This document shows, one piece after another, positions 31,567 through 44,450 of a DNA stretch of 64,000 nucleotides. The stretch is from the human T2T-CHM13v2.0 reference genome, Homo sapiens, in NCBI RefSeq assembly GCF_009914755.1, contig NC_060941.1; one strand, given 5' to 3'. The position numbers were made by a program, and so were the translations under genes. Every line of letters begins with the position of its first letter. Within the stretch, counting starts at the first letter, position 1. The notes under the pieces were generated by a model, which saw nothing but the letters and a program-made list of their open reading frames with translations, ran no database searches and was not told the DNA's origin.

Positions 31567-33799
31567 TCAAGCTGCTAAATTCACCAACCCTGGAATCCCC
31601 CTGCTTCCAGCCTTCTTGGTTACAGGATACCTTTCCTTATTGTTTATCCATTTTGAATCAGGGTTCCTGTTCCTTGCAGCTGAAAGCATTCTCACTGATA
31701 CACGTGAGGCCCAGTGTTGCTTTATTGATCTATTCGACCTTCATTTTTTGTTAACGTATCACCTTCTAGAATTCTCGTCACAAGCGCGATCTCATCGAGG
31801 CTTGCTCACACCCACGAGGTTATGCTCCCTGGCAGGGCAACAGAATCCAGCACTAAGACAGCAGAATTTGTAGCAGGCAAACTCGGGTTTAAGTCCCAGC
31901 TCTGCCACTTTTTAACCGTGTGACCCTAATCGCATATCTCTCTGTGCCTTCATGTCCTCACCTGCAAACGGATAACAGGCCCCACAGCACCAGATGCACA
32001 TGACGAGATGATGCCAACAGGGTGTAAGACCCGGCGCCCAACACCCTCAGTACACATGCAACAAATGGTAGCCATTATAGCGATTGTCATTTTAACCTTT
32101 CAGATTTGCTTTGGCTGTTTCCACCTGGATTGGGCCTGATTGGTGGCAAACTCATTCGCTCATTCACTCAACAAATATTTACTGAGTGCCTACGTATGCC
32201 AAGCACTATTCTAGGTGCTGTGGGGATGCAGCTGTGACAACACAGATTTACTTTAAGGTATAAAGTTGTAAACTTGGTACCTAACAGGTATGCTATCTGT
32301 CTTTCACTTGCCTCTCCATACCCCGGAACCAATTATGGGGGGGCTCACGTATGTTGCCCAGGCTGGTCTCGAACTCCTGGCCTCGAGTGATCCTCCTGTC
32401 TTAGCCTCCCAAAGTGGGGATTACAGGCGTGAGCCACTGCCCCTGGCCTCCCAGAACTAATTTCTGCCGTGCTCTGTACCCTGAGAGGCTGATCCTGGTC
32501 ACTCCTTTGCTGACTGGACTCTGGTTGGGTTTGGCCAGTGGGGTCTGTGGCAGGGTGAGAGAGAGGTAGGTGGGGTGAAGTTCCTTCCCTGCTCTCTCCC
32601 TCCTGGGAGCTGTGTCACAGGCAGCAGCTGTGCCCTCCACAGCACAGCTCTGCTGCTCCCGCCCTCCGGGACTCGCTAAACACCTGCCCCACTGCCCTTC
32701 CCCCAGGGAGTCACAGCCTCCTGCTCTGAGATGTCCATGGGTACCTCGGCATCCCTTGTTTTCTCCCTCAATCCTCTGGTGTCGTCCTTTCATTAAAGTC
32801 TCTTCATCTGGGGCCGGACGCAATGGCTCCCAGCACTTTGGGAGGCTGAGGCAGGCGGATCACTTGAGGTCAGGAGTTCAAGACCAGCCTGGTCAACATG
32901 GTGAAACCCCACCTCTACTGAAAATACAAAAATTAGCCGGGCGTGTTGACACACACCTGTAATCCCAGCTACTCAGGAGGCTGAAGCAGGAGAATCGCTT
33001 GAACCCGGGAGGCAGAGGTTGCCGTGAGCCGAGATCACGCCACTGGACTCCAACCTGAGCAACAGAGCGAGACTCCATCTCAAAAAAAAAAAAAAAAAAA
33101 AAAAGTATCTTCATTTCAGCCATCTGAGAAGATAAGCAGTTGTTCAGCAAATTTCTTAGCCCTAATAGAAGAGGGGGTGTCCATAGCTTCAGGTCTACAC
33201 AAAGCCTTGATCCTTGCACGCCTGGGAACCTGGCTCCCGTCCCTCCCTGGGATCTTAAGCACAACATTCACGGGCTTCTCCTCAGTCACTTCCTCTGACT
33301 ACTCTGTGGGGTCAGGCACTGCTGCAAGGCACCTCCATCTTAGAACTTTCTTACTCCCAATTTCTGTGTCCCTGATCCCAGCACTTCTAGTCCCCTCCAT
33401 CTCAACATTATCAAAGACAGCTTGGACTCACTGGATGAAGGAGAGGCCTTGGGCACCGCCCCCCCAATCCCCACCCCCGCCGGCCACCGTAGAGCTCACT
33501 GTGGTGTTCCAAGCTCTCTCCTGTACCTGGCATTATGTGAGCTCAGGACCAGGCTGGATACTTCTGTCCCCATTGTACAGACGAAGAAAGGGCCTGAGAA
33601 GACAGAGGGCTTTGACCAAGGCCACAGGCTGAGCTAGTGTGGATCGTGTCCCACCAGTGACCCGCATGGCTGGAGCACACCGAGGGTGTGGGTGCAGGGG
33701 CAGGGTGAGCTGAGGCTGCTGTGAAGGGCCCTGGGCCGCACATGAAGGATTTGGGTTGATCATCTGCCAGGGGCCGGGGCAGGGATTTTAAGCTGGCAG

Positions 33800-33801
<2 letters not shown>

Positions 33802-33834
<33 letters not shown>
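33802..33834. repeat. (GT)n microsatellite (others: (CA)n 12358-12382, (GT)n 15565-15588, (CAC)7 27031-27051)
   Basis: Read directly from the sequence. Confidence 0.95.
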
Positions 33835-33835
<1 letters not shown>

Positions 33836-34097
33836 CACACACAGAGACAATCAAATCTGCATTTTACAAAGTTCCCTCCCCACCCCCAGGTCTTGGGAAA
33901 TCAGTTAGAGGTGACAGAAGTCACAAGGAGATCTTAGAAGACCGTGCATGTTGGTAGTGAGACATCGATGGTTTTCCCCTGCTTCTCTATACTTTACTGT
34001 TGAAAATTTCCACAGGGAGGCTGGTGGCGGTGGCTCACACCTGTAATCCCAGCAGTTTGGAAGGCTGAGGCGGGTGGATCACGAGGTCAGGAGTTCA

Positions 34098-34385
<288 letters not shown>

Positions 34386-34628
34386 TTATAAGAAAGGCTA
34401 CTGGAGCACTGGAAGTGAGACAGGGGCACGGAGGGGCTTGGGAAGGCTGGGGGTGGGCGACCCTTCCTGAGGGAGACAGCAGCTGGGGCAGCCTCGTACC
34501 GGCTGGGGCAGCGTGGTCGGGGGAGCATTATGTCTGGACACACGCATTCGAGGAGCCTGGGGATGCCCGGGGAAGCGTGTGTGGGTGACTGGAGCTCAGA
34601 ATGGAGACCTGGGTGGGGGCAGGGACTA

Positions 34629-34880
<252 letters not shown>

Positions 34881-35897
34881 TTAGCCTGTAGTCTCAGCTG
34901 CTCGGGAGGCTGAGGCACGAGAATCACTTGAACCCAGGAGGCGGAGGCTGCAGTGAGCTGAGATCACACCACTGGACTCCAGCCTGGGAGACAGAGCAAG
35001 ACTCCGTCTCAAAAAATAGAGGGAGTCACCCAGAAAGGAGCCCAGAGGCTCCAGGTGGAGGCTGGGGAGAGGATGCTGAGGAACAGAGGGTCTGCACAGC
35101 CCTATGCAGGTGTGGGGGGGGTCTACAAGGCCACATGCTGCAGAGCAGTGGGGGAGGGGGGTGAAAAGAGCCCATCTCGATGTCACTGGAGACCCAGGCA
35201 ACCCCGGAGATGGGGTGGAGGCTGGGCCATAAAGGCATGAGGCTGACACCACAGCGGAGGAGCTGGGCTCTGGGGAGGGAGGGACTAGGGTGGGAAACAG
35301 TGCAACATCATTAGAGCTGAGGGAAGGGGCTGCTGGAGAGGCTGAAGCACTTTGTGGTGGGGAGGGAGGCAGTCTGGACTTGTGTCCTGCCCCCCACTTG
35401 CTAGCCGTGTGGCCTTGGATTAAGCCTCAGTTTCCGCCCCCGTCACATGGGGGTAATAGACCTTCCTCAGTGTGGTGAGTGTGAGATGAGATAATGCGCA
35501 TGCCTGGCCCCAGCGAAAGCTCTGTCAGTGTCAGCTGCTCTGCTGGGCACCCAGGAGGGTCCAGCCCGGACAGGACAAGGGGAACTCATCCCTGGCAGTG
35601 GCAGGAAAAAGATCTGGAGGTGGGGCTCGCAGGGTGTCTGGGGGCCATGAGGAGGCAGGTGGGAGCTGTGGAGAGGCTGCGGGGGGCTGGAGGGCTGCTT
35701 TTTGAGAAATTCTCCTGGGAGCCAGTAGGGAGGCAGGGCCTTGGGTGCCCAGGGCTGTCCCAGGGCCAGTGCAGGGAAGGGTTCCAAGATTCCTAGGTCC
35801 CGATCCTGGCTGTGATGCCACCTTGCTGTGCACCTTTGGGAAGCCCCTCTCCTCCTCTGAGCTGCCCCCTCATCTGAAAAAGAGATGGACTCACCCA

Positions 35898-35964
35898 TCT
35901 CTAACCTCTTGCCTCTGAGTCTAGAACCTTCTCTAACGTCTTGCCTCTGAGTCTAGAACCTTCT
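35898..35964. repeat. 32-bp tandem duplication
   Basis: tctctaac(c/g)tcttgcctctgagtctagaacct x2 with one mismatch. Confidence 0.9.
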
Positions 35965-36883
35965 TTAAGTGAGAGCATCTGGACATATCACAGCCCCCAC
36001 CCTCACACCCAGAATGGGCCTGTCATACAGGAGCTGCTCATAAATATTAACTAAATCAAACGAGTGCACTAAGGGTCTCTCACAACATCTGGGTCCAGGA
36101 GCCACCCTGCAGCCTCTGACCAGGCCACAAGGGCAGTAAACACCCACAGGTGAGGTATGTCCACTCTCCACACAGCCTCCGCGCCTGCTCATTAGACCTG
36201 AAAGAGATTGCGGCATCCCTGCAATTCCTGCTGCACCCCTACCCTTCCTGAGGGCCAAAGTGCCTCGCCCTGTCCCCACCCAACCTTGCAAAGACGGGAG
36301 GTGACCCCACTGAAACCCAAACACAAGGCTGAAAAGCAGATGCAAAGTTGGCTTCTCCCTTGGCTAGGGGTGGCCTAAGAGCTAAGAGGGAGACCAGGAT
36401 GAGAGTGGGGCCCTGAATAGCAGGCGGAGCCCTGGGAAGAGGGAGAGGGAAGCGGAGAGAGAAACAGAGTGGCAGGAAGCAGAGGGCCACAAAATCCCCC
36501 TTCTGCACCCCAGGGTAGGCCAGGCCTGAGAAGGGACCCAGGCGTTGGGGCTGCTGGAGTCACAAACTCGCTCGCTCGCCCCTCCTCCAGGAGCCAGCAG
36601 TGGCAGCTGGAGAGTCTTCTCTGTGTCTGAGTGAGGGAACTCCTGAGAGGGGAGGTGCCTGGTTGAGAACTCATGTGCTAATCTAGATCCAAAGCTCCGG
36701 GATCGGGAGGAGGAGGGAGAAGACGGTTCAGGGGGTGGGTGGGGCAGTCCTGGCAGGGAAGGTCTGTCTGGGAAGAGGTTGGGAAAGCTGGTCACGGGAG
36801 CAGGGGCAGGAGATGCCCAGTGGGGCAGGGGCCCGGCATGCAGCAGAGTGGGCCTGGGTGGCCCCCACAGTCCCCGCCCTCAC

Positions 36884-37030
36884 CTGCTGCTGGGCCTGGA
36901 TCCGCATGTACTCGGCCCTCTGCTTGCCATGTTTGCTTTTGTCGGGGCTGCCCGCCTGGCCCTGGGCCGCCTTCAGCCGAGAGGCCCCCGGAGTCACCAC
37001 CTTCATGGGTGGTACACTGCCTCCGCCACT
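36884..37030 (-). CDS. SRCIN1: SRCIN1 penultimate exon SGGGSVPPMK...RIQAQQQ
   Basis: ttcctgcag|AGT...CAG|gtgagg; 147 nt, phase 0/0. Confidence 0.95.
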
Positions 37031-37935
37031 CTGCAGGAAGAGGAACAGGGTTGCAGTTGCAGAGTCCACATGGGGTGAATCACACAGGAACCCTAGCACT
37101 GGGTGGGGTCTCGGGGCTGGGACCTCCTCAGTGGGGCCCTTTGAGACCTGGAGACCCCTCTCTAGCTCCACACCCGAGTCCAGAACCCAGGTCCACCCTC
37201 TCAGTCCCCACTTATGGTCTCCCTGCAGGAGAGGGGTGGGGCCCAAGCCAGTTTCCCAACGGCTCTTGAGGGAGAGCTCTTCGGTGGCTTCCTTGAGTAG
37301 CTCAGGGGCAGCTGATGCCCTCCTTGGGGAGCCTCTGCTAAAGTGAGGGTCCCCAGCAGCAACCCCACTCCCGGCAAGGGGCACCATCTGGACCTGGGTG
37401 CACATGCCAGCAAGGGGCTCTCTATAATGGCACACAGAGCAGAGGGGCAGCCCCAGGCCCACATCCTCCTCCTAAGGGGAGGATGCAGGTGAGGTCTCCC
37501 TAGGGATGGGCAAGCTTGGCTCCCATGAACCTCCCCAAGTACCAGGCCTGCCCGCGGGGCACTGGGGATCCAGAGGCGCAAGCAGAGAGATGACAGAGAC
37601 AGAGAATCAGAGACAGGAAGGGGAGGGGAGCATGGGGATGGAAGGTGGGGAGAGAACTTTATTTGTTGGTTTACAGATACAGAGCAGAAGGGGGAGGCCC
37701 TGGTTCTTGCCAAGGCTGGGGATTGGCCGGCCCCTGGGTAGGCCGGCTTCCCAGCCTCCCCCGGACTCTGCCTGCAAACCCTGCTCTGGCACCAGGCTCC
37801 CAGGAGAGTGGTAAGAGCTGAGAGAAGGCCGGTGGGAGGAGGGGGCTGGCCTGGCATTTCTGCTGCCCCCTACTCTGTCTGACTCTGGAAATGGAGGAGG
37901 AAGGCAGCAGAGGAGGATGAAAAGCGGGCAGCCAC

Positions 37936-38520
37936 CTGGGGGCGGAGGGGTAGGGGTGGGGGGCTGCCAGGGGACCCCATGGCAGGGCCTGTGCCCATGT
38001 TGCTCAGGGTGGCTTCCAGCTCCCGGAGCGTCTCCTCCAAGCTGTCCATCTGCTGGGCAGTGGCGCCCCACGTGGTGCGGCCTGAGTTGGCAGCAGCCTG
38101 GCCCTGATGCTCCCTACTGCAGGTTTGGGCATCATGTCCAGAGTCCTTGAGGATCTCCTCTGGGTAGGTGTCAGCAGTAGAGGTCTCTGGAGTCCCATCC
38201 TGGGCTGGTCCCTGAGGACACTGTACTCTGGCTCCTCCATCCTCTAGGCTGCTGCCTCCTCCACCCAGTCTCTTCAGAGCTGCCCCCTCCTTCCGGGGCA
38301 TGAAGCTGCTCCTCGGCCCAGAAGTCTCCCCCACTACCCCTGGTGGGGACTGTGGGCCATCCCAGCCCCTCGTGCTGTCAGCCAGGGTCTGAGGTCTTGG
38401 GGTGGGAGCTGTCCTGGGTCCCAGTTCCTCAAGTCTGGCCTCTGGCGGGGAGGGAGGGTTGGGGGCACACTCTGTCAAGATGATCCTTGGGACGCAGAAG
38501 GCCCTGGGACCTGGGGCAGC
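37936..38520 (-). CDS. SRCIN1: Candidate SRCIN1 cassette exon AAPGPRAFCVPRIILTECAP...MDSLEETLRELEATLSNM...PLRPQ (195 aa)
   Basis: cttccttctcccggcag|GCT...CAG|gtggct; 585 nt, phase 0/0, open throughout (ORF 37870..38478). The donor is weak. Confidence 0.65.
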
Positions 38521-39521
38521 CTGCCGGGAGAAGGAAGATGAGGAAGAGTGTGATTCCTACAACCAAACCCCAAGCTAAAATGGGTGTTACAGTTAGGTGA
38601 GCCTAGCCCCTTTCTTTTACAGATGGGAAAACTGAGGCAGGGAGGGTCCTGACAGAGGCTACCCAGTAAGTTGGAGGCAAAATTGGGACCAGAATTCAGG
38701 TCTTTCCCACCATACCCTGTGGCCTCCTACTTGCCAGTAAAGGTGCCGGTTTGGCCAGGGCAGGCACACATTTACTTTACACCACCCATGTGAGCCTCTG
38801 GGAGCCGGGCTCAGGGTTGTTCCCATGAGCGTGCCCATCTGTGCAATGACTCGACACCAAGGTGGGGCCGGTGGAGGATGAAGTGAGCTCGCTGGGCATG
38901 TTGTGAGTGCTTCATAAATATTAGCTATTTGTTGAAATGAATGGAATGGCCGAGACCTTTGGCCCCATGTGGGCAGAGACAACATGTCAGCCTCTGGCAT
39001 CTCAAACCAGAGACTTCTGGTCTACCCCAACTTTGTGTGCTCTCCCCAAGAGCTTCACAGCTAGAAGGGGTGGGGCTTGCCCCCTGACAAATCCTCTGTG
39101 GCACACACACTCGGGCAAAGCTCCCTTGGGCACCTGCTCCGGTGCCAGCATCCCTGGCCCTGGCCTCGGTGAGGGCACAGAGGGAAGCCCCAAGTACCAC
39201 TCCCCGATGTGAGTGAATCCTGGTCTAACTCTGAGCACCAGGCTTGTGCCAGGTGCCGTCACACCCTTCCTCACCTTCAGTGCCTACCTTAACCCGGGAA
39301 GTGACTGCTGCTCTCACCAGGGCGAGGGAGGTAACACACTTCACCCAAGGCCACCCACCCACAGCTAGTTAGTGGCAGAGCCTGGATTTGAACCCAGGTA
39401 GTCTGACTCCAAGGCCAGTGCTCCTTCCACTAAAGGGAGCCGTGGGGAGATGGGAGGGGGCAGCAGGGACCCCCAACCACCCCCTCCCAAAGGAACCCAC
39501 CCAGCCTTGCCACCTGCTTAC

Positions 39522-39593
39522 CTGGAAGTGGGGGGTGCTGACTGGGAAGGCAGAGAGGGCAACCTCACGCTCGCCCGGCTCCGTTGCCCGATG
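39522..39593 (-). CDS. SRCIN1: Candidate SRCIN1 cassette exon HRATEPGEREVALSAFPVSTPHFQ
   Basis: ccctctgcatcctgcggcag|CAT...CAG|gtaagc; 72 nt, phase 0/0, strong donor, locally CpG-rich. Confidence 0.45.
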
Positions 39594-40819
39594 CTGCCGC
39601 AGGATGCAGAGGGTCGGCCAGGGGCAAAAGGCCTTGTCCACTGGGCCCCTCAGGATGGGCTCCCAGAGCCGGAAAGGGGCAGGGCTTGGATGGGAGGGGC
39701 CAAAGTGCCAAGGGCATGGCCAGCCCAGGAGGCGCCCCTTCCATACAGCTCATCCTAGAGGTTCCTCGCACTGCTCTGTGCCCATCCTCTGCCCAGCAGA
39801 AGGCACTGTCCACTATCTGATGCCCCTCTGCTCCTCCCCCGCCAGGAAACCAAAGCGCCAACAGGCCTCCAGCCAGGCCAGAAATCAGGTGGCCACCAGC
39901 ACAGAGCCCACTGTGGGCCAGGGAGCCCCAGATAGGGAGTGTGTGCACACGGGAGGCTCTCCTTCTCCAGAGCGGAGCCCCCCTGCCTCAACCTGACCTG
40001 GCAGAGAGAGAGAGATTCCCAGACCTTCCCCCTCCCCTCCTCCCCAAGCACAGTCCCCAGGGGTAGGGTGCAGACAGCAGGTTCACCCCCAAATTCCCAG
40101 GAAAGAATAAAGAGGAAATAAGTGCAGCAGGACAGCAGCAAGGACTGACATTAGAGAGAAGGAAGAATTTCCCAATGCCAAAAGAACCAGCAGCCAAGGA
40201 ATGGCATAGCTTTCTTCCATTCCAGGCTCTCTGTCCAAGAGGGCATCGTAGGCCCTTGGGCTAGTGAGGCTGTAGACGAGCCTACCCCTGTGGTGTCCTG
40301 GCCCCCAGCGCAAGGCATAGATTCTAGGGGAAAAACAGAGCCCCTCCCCGGCACAGGCAGCAGAGCAGCGAAGATGGAGGTGGGGGCTAGGCAAGGGCTC
40401 AGGACAAGGTCAGATTTTGAGCTGGATCCAAAGTCATCTTGTGAGCAAGATCCAAACTCCAATCTTGGCCACACTCAGCCTTCGGGCCAGACCTAAGCTC
40501 AAACTGCGAACCAGAACAAAATACTCAGGCCTCCATCAGCAAGCCCGTGAGAAAATGCAGACACAAGGGGCCACCAGACACCCAGGCTGCTGGAGTCTCA
40601 GGGAGCCCCCCAGCAAGCAGCGGGGAGGAAGGGTTATGCGCCTGTCCTTGGAGTGGGGGAGGGGTGAGTCCACATGTAATGCTGTGGCAGTGGCTGTGGC
40701 CATGGTGGGACTTGGGATGGTGACTGGCGTTTTAGCGGGTTAGCGTGGGAGGTGAGGAGAGGAAGCTGTGGGGGCACAGGCAGAGAGAGAGCTGTGAGAA
40801 GTGGCAGCAGCCCCGTTAC

Positions 40820-40942
40820 CTTCCGTGTAGGGCCTGGGGCTGAGCCCCCGGGGGGCCCCAGGTCCTGGGGGGACAGCAAGGTGGGGATCAGCTGGCGGCG
40901 GGGCGTGGGGGGGAGGGAAGACACTGAGCTTCTCTCAAACAC
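40820..40942 (-). CDS. SRCIN1: Candidate SRCIN1 cassette exon VFERSSVSSLPPTPRRQLIPTLLSPQDLGPPGGSAPGPTRK
   Basis: ccttctgctccccag|GTG...AAG|gtaacg; 123 nt, phase 0/0, open frame. Confidence 0.7.
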
Positions 40943-41617
40943 CTGGGGAGCAGAAGGTGGGGGCAGGTTTGGAGGAGGGGGCACTAGGGAGGATGGGGGT
41001 GCTGGCCTGTGGCCCCGGCACCCTTGGGGAGGGTGGCCTGGGATGGCATCGGCCCCCAGCCTCACCCCTTGGTCCCTTGCCATAGCCGCCAGCCCTCTCT
41101 GCCCTCATCTGGTCACCTCAGAGCCCTGGTAGTCCAGGTCTCCCGCACTGGAGCTGGGGGTGGCTGAGAACGCTTGAGTGTGGTGACTGACACTGCTGGG
41201 AGAGTCGAGGCATGGGGTATGAGAGTCTCAGAGCTCCGTCCTCAGAATACTCAAGTATGGGGGTCTCAAGCATGAGCTGATCTCAGAACACTGGGGGATG
41301 GGGATCTCCAAACTCGGTGATCTCAGAATCTTCGGATACGGGACTTTCAGAGTGCAGGAGGTCTGGGGATACTTGGGGGGACTCAGAGACTATAGTTAAA
41401 AAACTCAAACCTGCAAGGAGAGAAGACTTTAGACCCCCACCCCTCATTTCACAGTGGAGAAGAAATGGAGGCAAAAGGCTGGGGTCTGAACAGCCAGCGC
41501 TCCGCAGGGAGCCCGAGAGCCCATCTTCTGCCTCATCCTGTCACCTGGCCTGGGGGGCAGCCTGGGAGGGAAGGGGGCCTGGCTGAGACCTTGGGGGCCA
41601 GGTGTGCCCTGACCTAC

Positions 41618-41770
41618 CTCTAGCTCTGCGATGATGCGATCCTCGTCATCCTCGTCCTTGATGGCCGAGGCCATGATGGGTGGTGTGGAGGCTGGGCGGG
41701 CCACCTCAGACACAGCCCGGCGCAGCTTCACCTGGGGCTTCTGCACCTCCAGCTCCTCGGACTCAGCCTT
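41618..41770 (-). CDS. SRCIN1: SRCIN1 exon KAESEELE...DRIIAELE
   Basis: ttgcag|AAG...GAG|gtaggt; 153 nt, phase 0/0. Confidence 0.95.
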
Positions 41771-42116
41771 CTGCAAGGCCCGGGACTCCTGTCAAGGCCA
41801 GGCTCTGCCCCACTTCAGCACCAGCTCACCTCCCAGGCCCCATCGCCCATGTACCCCAGCTTCTCGTCTGCTACTTCTGCTGCTACACCCCTGCCAGGGT
41901 GTCCCTCAACAGACAGGGGCCTGGCATGGAATTAAGGCAAATACACATACCTAGAATCCCAAACTAGCAGGACAAAGTCGCCACCGGCCACTCCCTCTTT
42001 CCTTCCATGTTCTCTGAGAAAGGGGTCTCTTTCCCACCCCAGAGGGCCTCCAGAAGTCATCTGAGGCTTCATCCTAACTCAGTCCCCTGGCCCTCTGTCT
42101 GAGGTGGGAGTGGTAC

Positions 42117-42271
42117 CTTGATGAAGGCCGAGTCCTTCTTGCTGGTGACCACCACCTCTCCGGTACGTGTGGTGGTCAGGCCATGGGAGGAGGGGAAGCT
42201 CCGGCGGGGAGGGGGCGGTGGGGGCGACTTGGAGGGCTTCTCTGTGCGGTATCGGGGCACGGTCAACTCAT
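42117..42271 (-). CDS. SRCIN1: SRCIN1 exon ELTVPRYRTEKPSKSPPPPPPRR...DSAFIK, proline-rich
   Basis: ctgcag|AT...AAG|gtacca; 155 nt, phase 1/0. Confidence 0.95.
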
Positions 42272-43392
42272 CTGCAGGCACCAAGGGGCTGGGGGTCAGC
42301 AGGCCTGCAACCTTGGAGTCAGTGCACTACATCTAACTTGAAGGGGATAAACCTTGCTTCTTCCTCCAGGGAGGACCAGGAGGAGGTGAGAGGAAAGCCT
42401 GGGGGCAAGAACACAGGGCCCCTCCTTCTCTTACCTCTCCTGCACACAAGCCCCAAGCCCTGTCCCTCTCCTGACAGCACTCTTGCTACTCCAAGTGTTG
42501 TCTGTGGACCAGCAGCACTGGCAGCGCCTGGCAGCTTGTCAGAACTGCAGCTCAGGCCCCACCTCTGGGCTGCTAAACCAGGATCTGGTTGAACAGATCC
42601 TGAGGTGACGGACACACATTCAAGTTAGAGAGGCGCTGCTCTAACCACCTCCTTCCCACTGCCCCTCACCCTTGCCTCGGCTCAGCTCTCCATCTCTCCT
42701 CCAGGGATCCTGGCCCCTCCCACTGGGCTCTCCTCTCCCCCAATTTGTCCTCCAGCCCTGCTTCCGGGGTAACCTGCAGAGAGGTCACTCTAGCCATTCC
42801 CCTGCCTTTGATCTTGCAGTGGCTCCCCATCACCCCAAACCATGTCCAAGCTCCTTAGGCCAGCACCTCTGCACCTGCCAAGCTTTCAGCCTCAGCTCTG
42901 CTTGCTGCTCCCCAGGCTGGACCCTGTTCAGGCCATGCCACACACACACCTTCAGGCGTTTGCACACGCTGTTCCCTCACCCTGGAGTACCCGCTCTCAC
43001 TAGCTAGGGAAGTGCCCACTCATTTGCAAGATTTCAGTGAAAAGTCACATCTTTAGGGAAGCCTTCCTGCCCTCCTAGGGCCTCCGCCAGGACTGCACAA
43101 TACCGGCATTCACCTCTGCTATTACATTTAGCACTTGCATTCTATTTCTGGTTTACATACTAGGCATGGTCCGGCACAGATTTCTTAATCATTTTGAGCC
43201 TATGTCCTTCTCTGTAAAATGGGAATAACTACCGTGTCTGCCTCCTGAGCTTGTTATACAATTATAAGGATGAGGCCAGGCGTGGTGGCTCAAGTCTGTA
43301 ATCCCAGCACTTTGGGAGGCCAAGGTGGGCGGATCACGAGGTCAGGAGATCGAGACCATCCTGGCTAACACGGTGAGACCCCATCTCTACTA

Positions 43393-43626
<234 letters not shown>

Positions 43627-44215
43627 TTATCACAGAGTAAGTGCTTGATAAACACAAATGTCAGTGTTATTCCCCCCACTAAATTTTGAGCTCTTTTAAA
43701 GCAAGCCCTGTCTTATTTCCGTATCTCCAGCACCTAGCACACAGTAGGTACTTAACCAATATGCATTGCAGGAATGAATAAAATGAAGGAATGATGACTG
43801 CCACTTCTGGTCTGGATTTCTGCCACTCCCGGGACCGTGACTCAGGCTGGGGACCATGGGAACTGTGTCAGTATCAGCAGTATCAGCGCTCAACCCGCCC
43901 TCAACACAGCCTGGTTTGGGGCATGCGCCCAGCCAAGCCGTGGAGGCGGATGACTCTGCCTGGACTTGCTCCCTGCCTGGTCCTCTCAGTGGCTCCCTTC
44001 CCAGGACAGTGGGAAATGCCGGGATGGAGTCCAGCTTGCCCTGTCCTTCTGGGTCCCAGTCTCCCTTTAGTGGCAGCCGATGTCCCAGGGCCTCCCTTGT
44101 GTGGCAGCCCAACCACAATGATCTTGAGATCCCAGTGCCTCCCCCATCAGCCTGGGCTCCTGAGGAGGGCACTCCCCCACGCTGGGCTCCTTACCAGCCC
44201 TACTACTCCCCATAC

Positions 44216-44450
44216 CTGAGCCCCTCCTCCCACTGGGCTCCGTTCGGGGGGCTGCCTTCTGGCCGTGGGGGGCCTTGGGGGGCTTGTGATCTGGAGTGGG
44301 GGCCGGGCCTGGATGGGCCTTGCTGGCACAGTCCAGGTCAGGGATGGCCTTGAGCAGCTCTGCCTGTGTCTCTTCCAGCAGCCGGTTGATGTCCTTGGCA
44401 CTGTACTGGGTCAGGGCTGCCCGCTTCTCCTCCCAGTCTCGCTCTGCAGC
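44216..44450 (-). CDS. SRCIN1: SRCIN1 exon AAERDWEEKR...GRRGS(D)
   Basis: ctgttaag|GCT (AAG acceptor)...G|gtatgg; 235 nt, phase 0/1. Confidence 0.93.

Noticed and set aside
39755-39997. Acceptor-like ctctctctctgccag at 39997
   Set aside because: The phase-0 frame is Trp-rich and stops at 39755 with no convincing donor before it.
41813-41830. TTCAGCACC as a REST/RE1 site (also at ~45818)
   Set aside because: Left half-site only; the GGACAG right half is missing.
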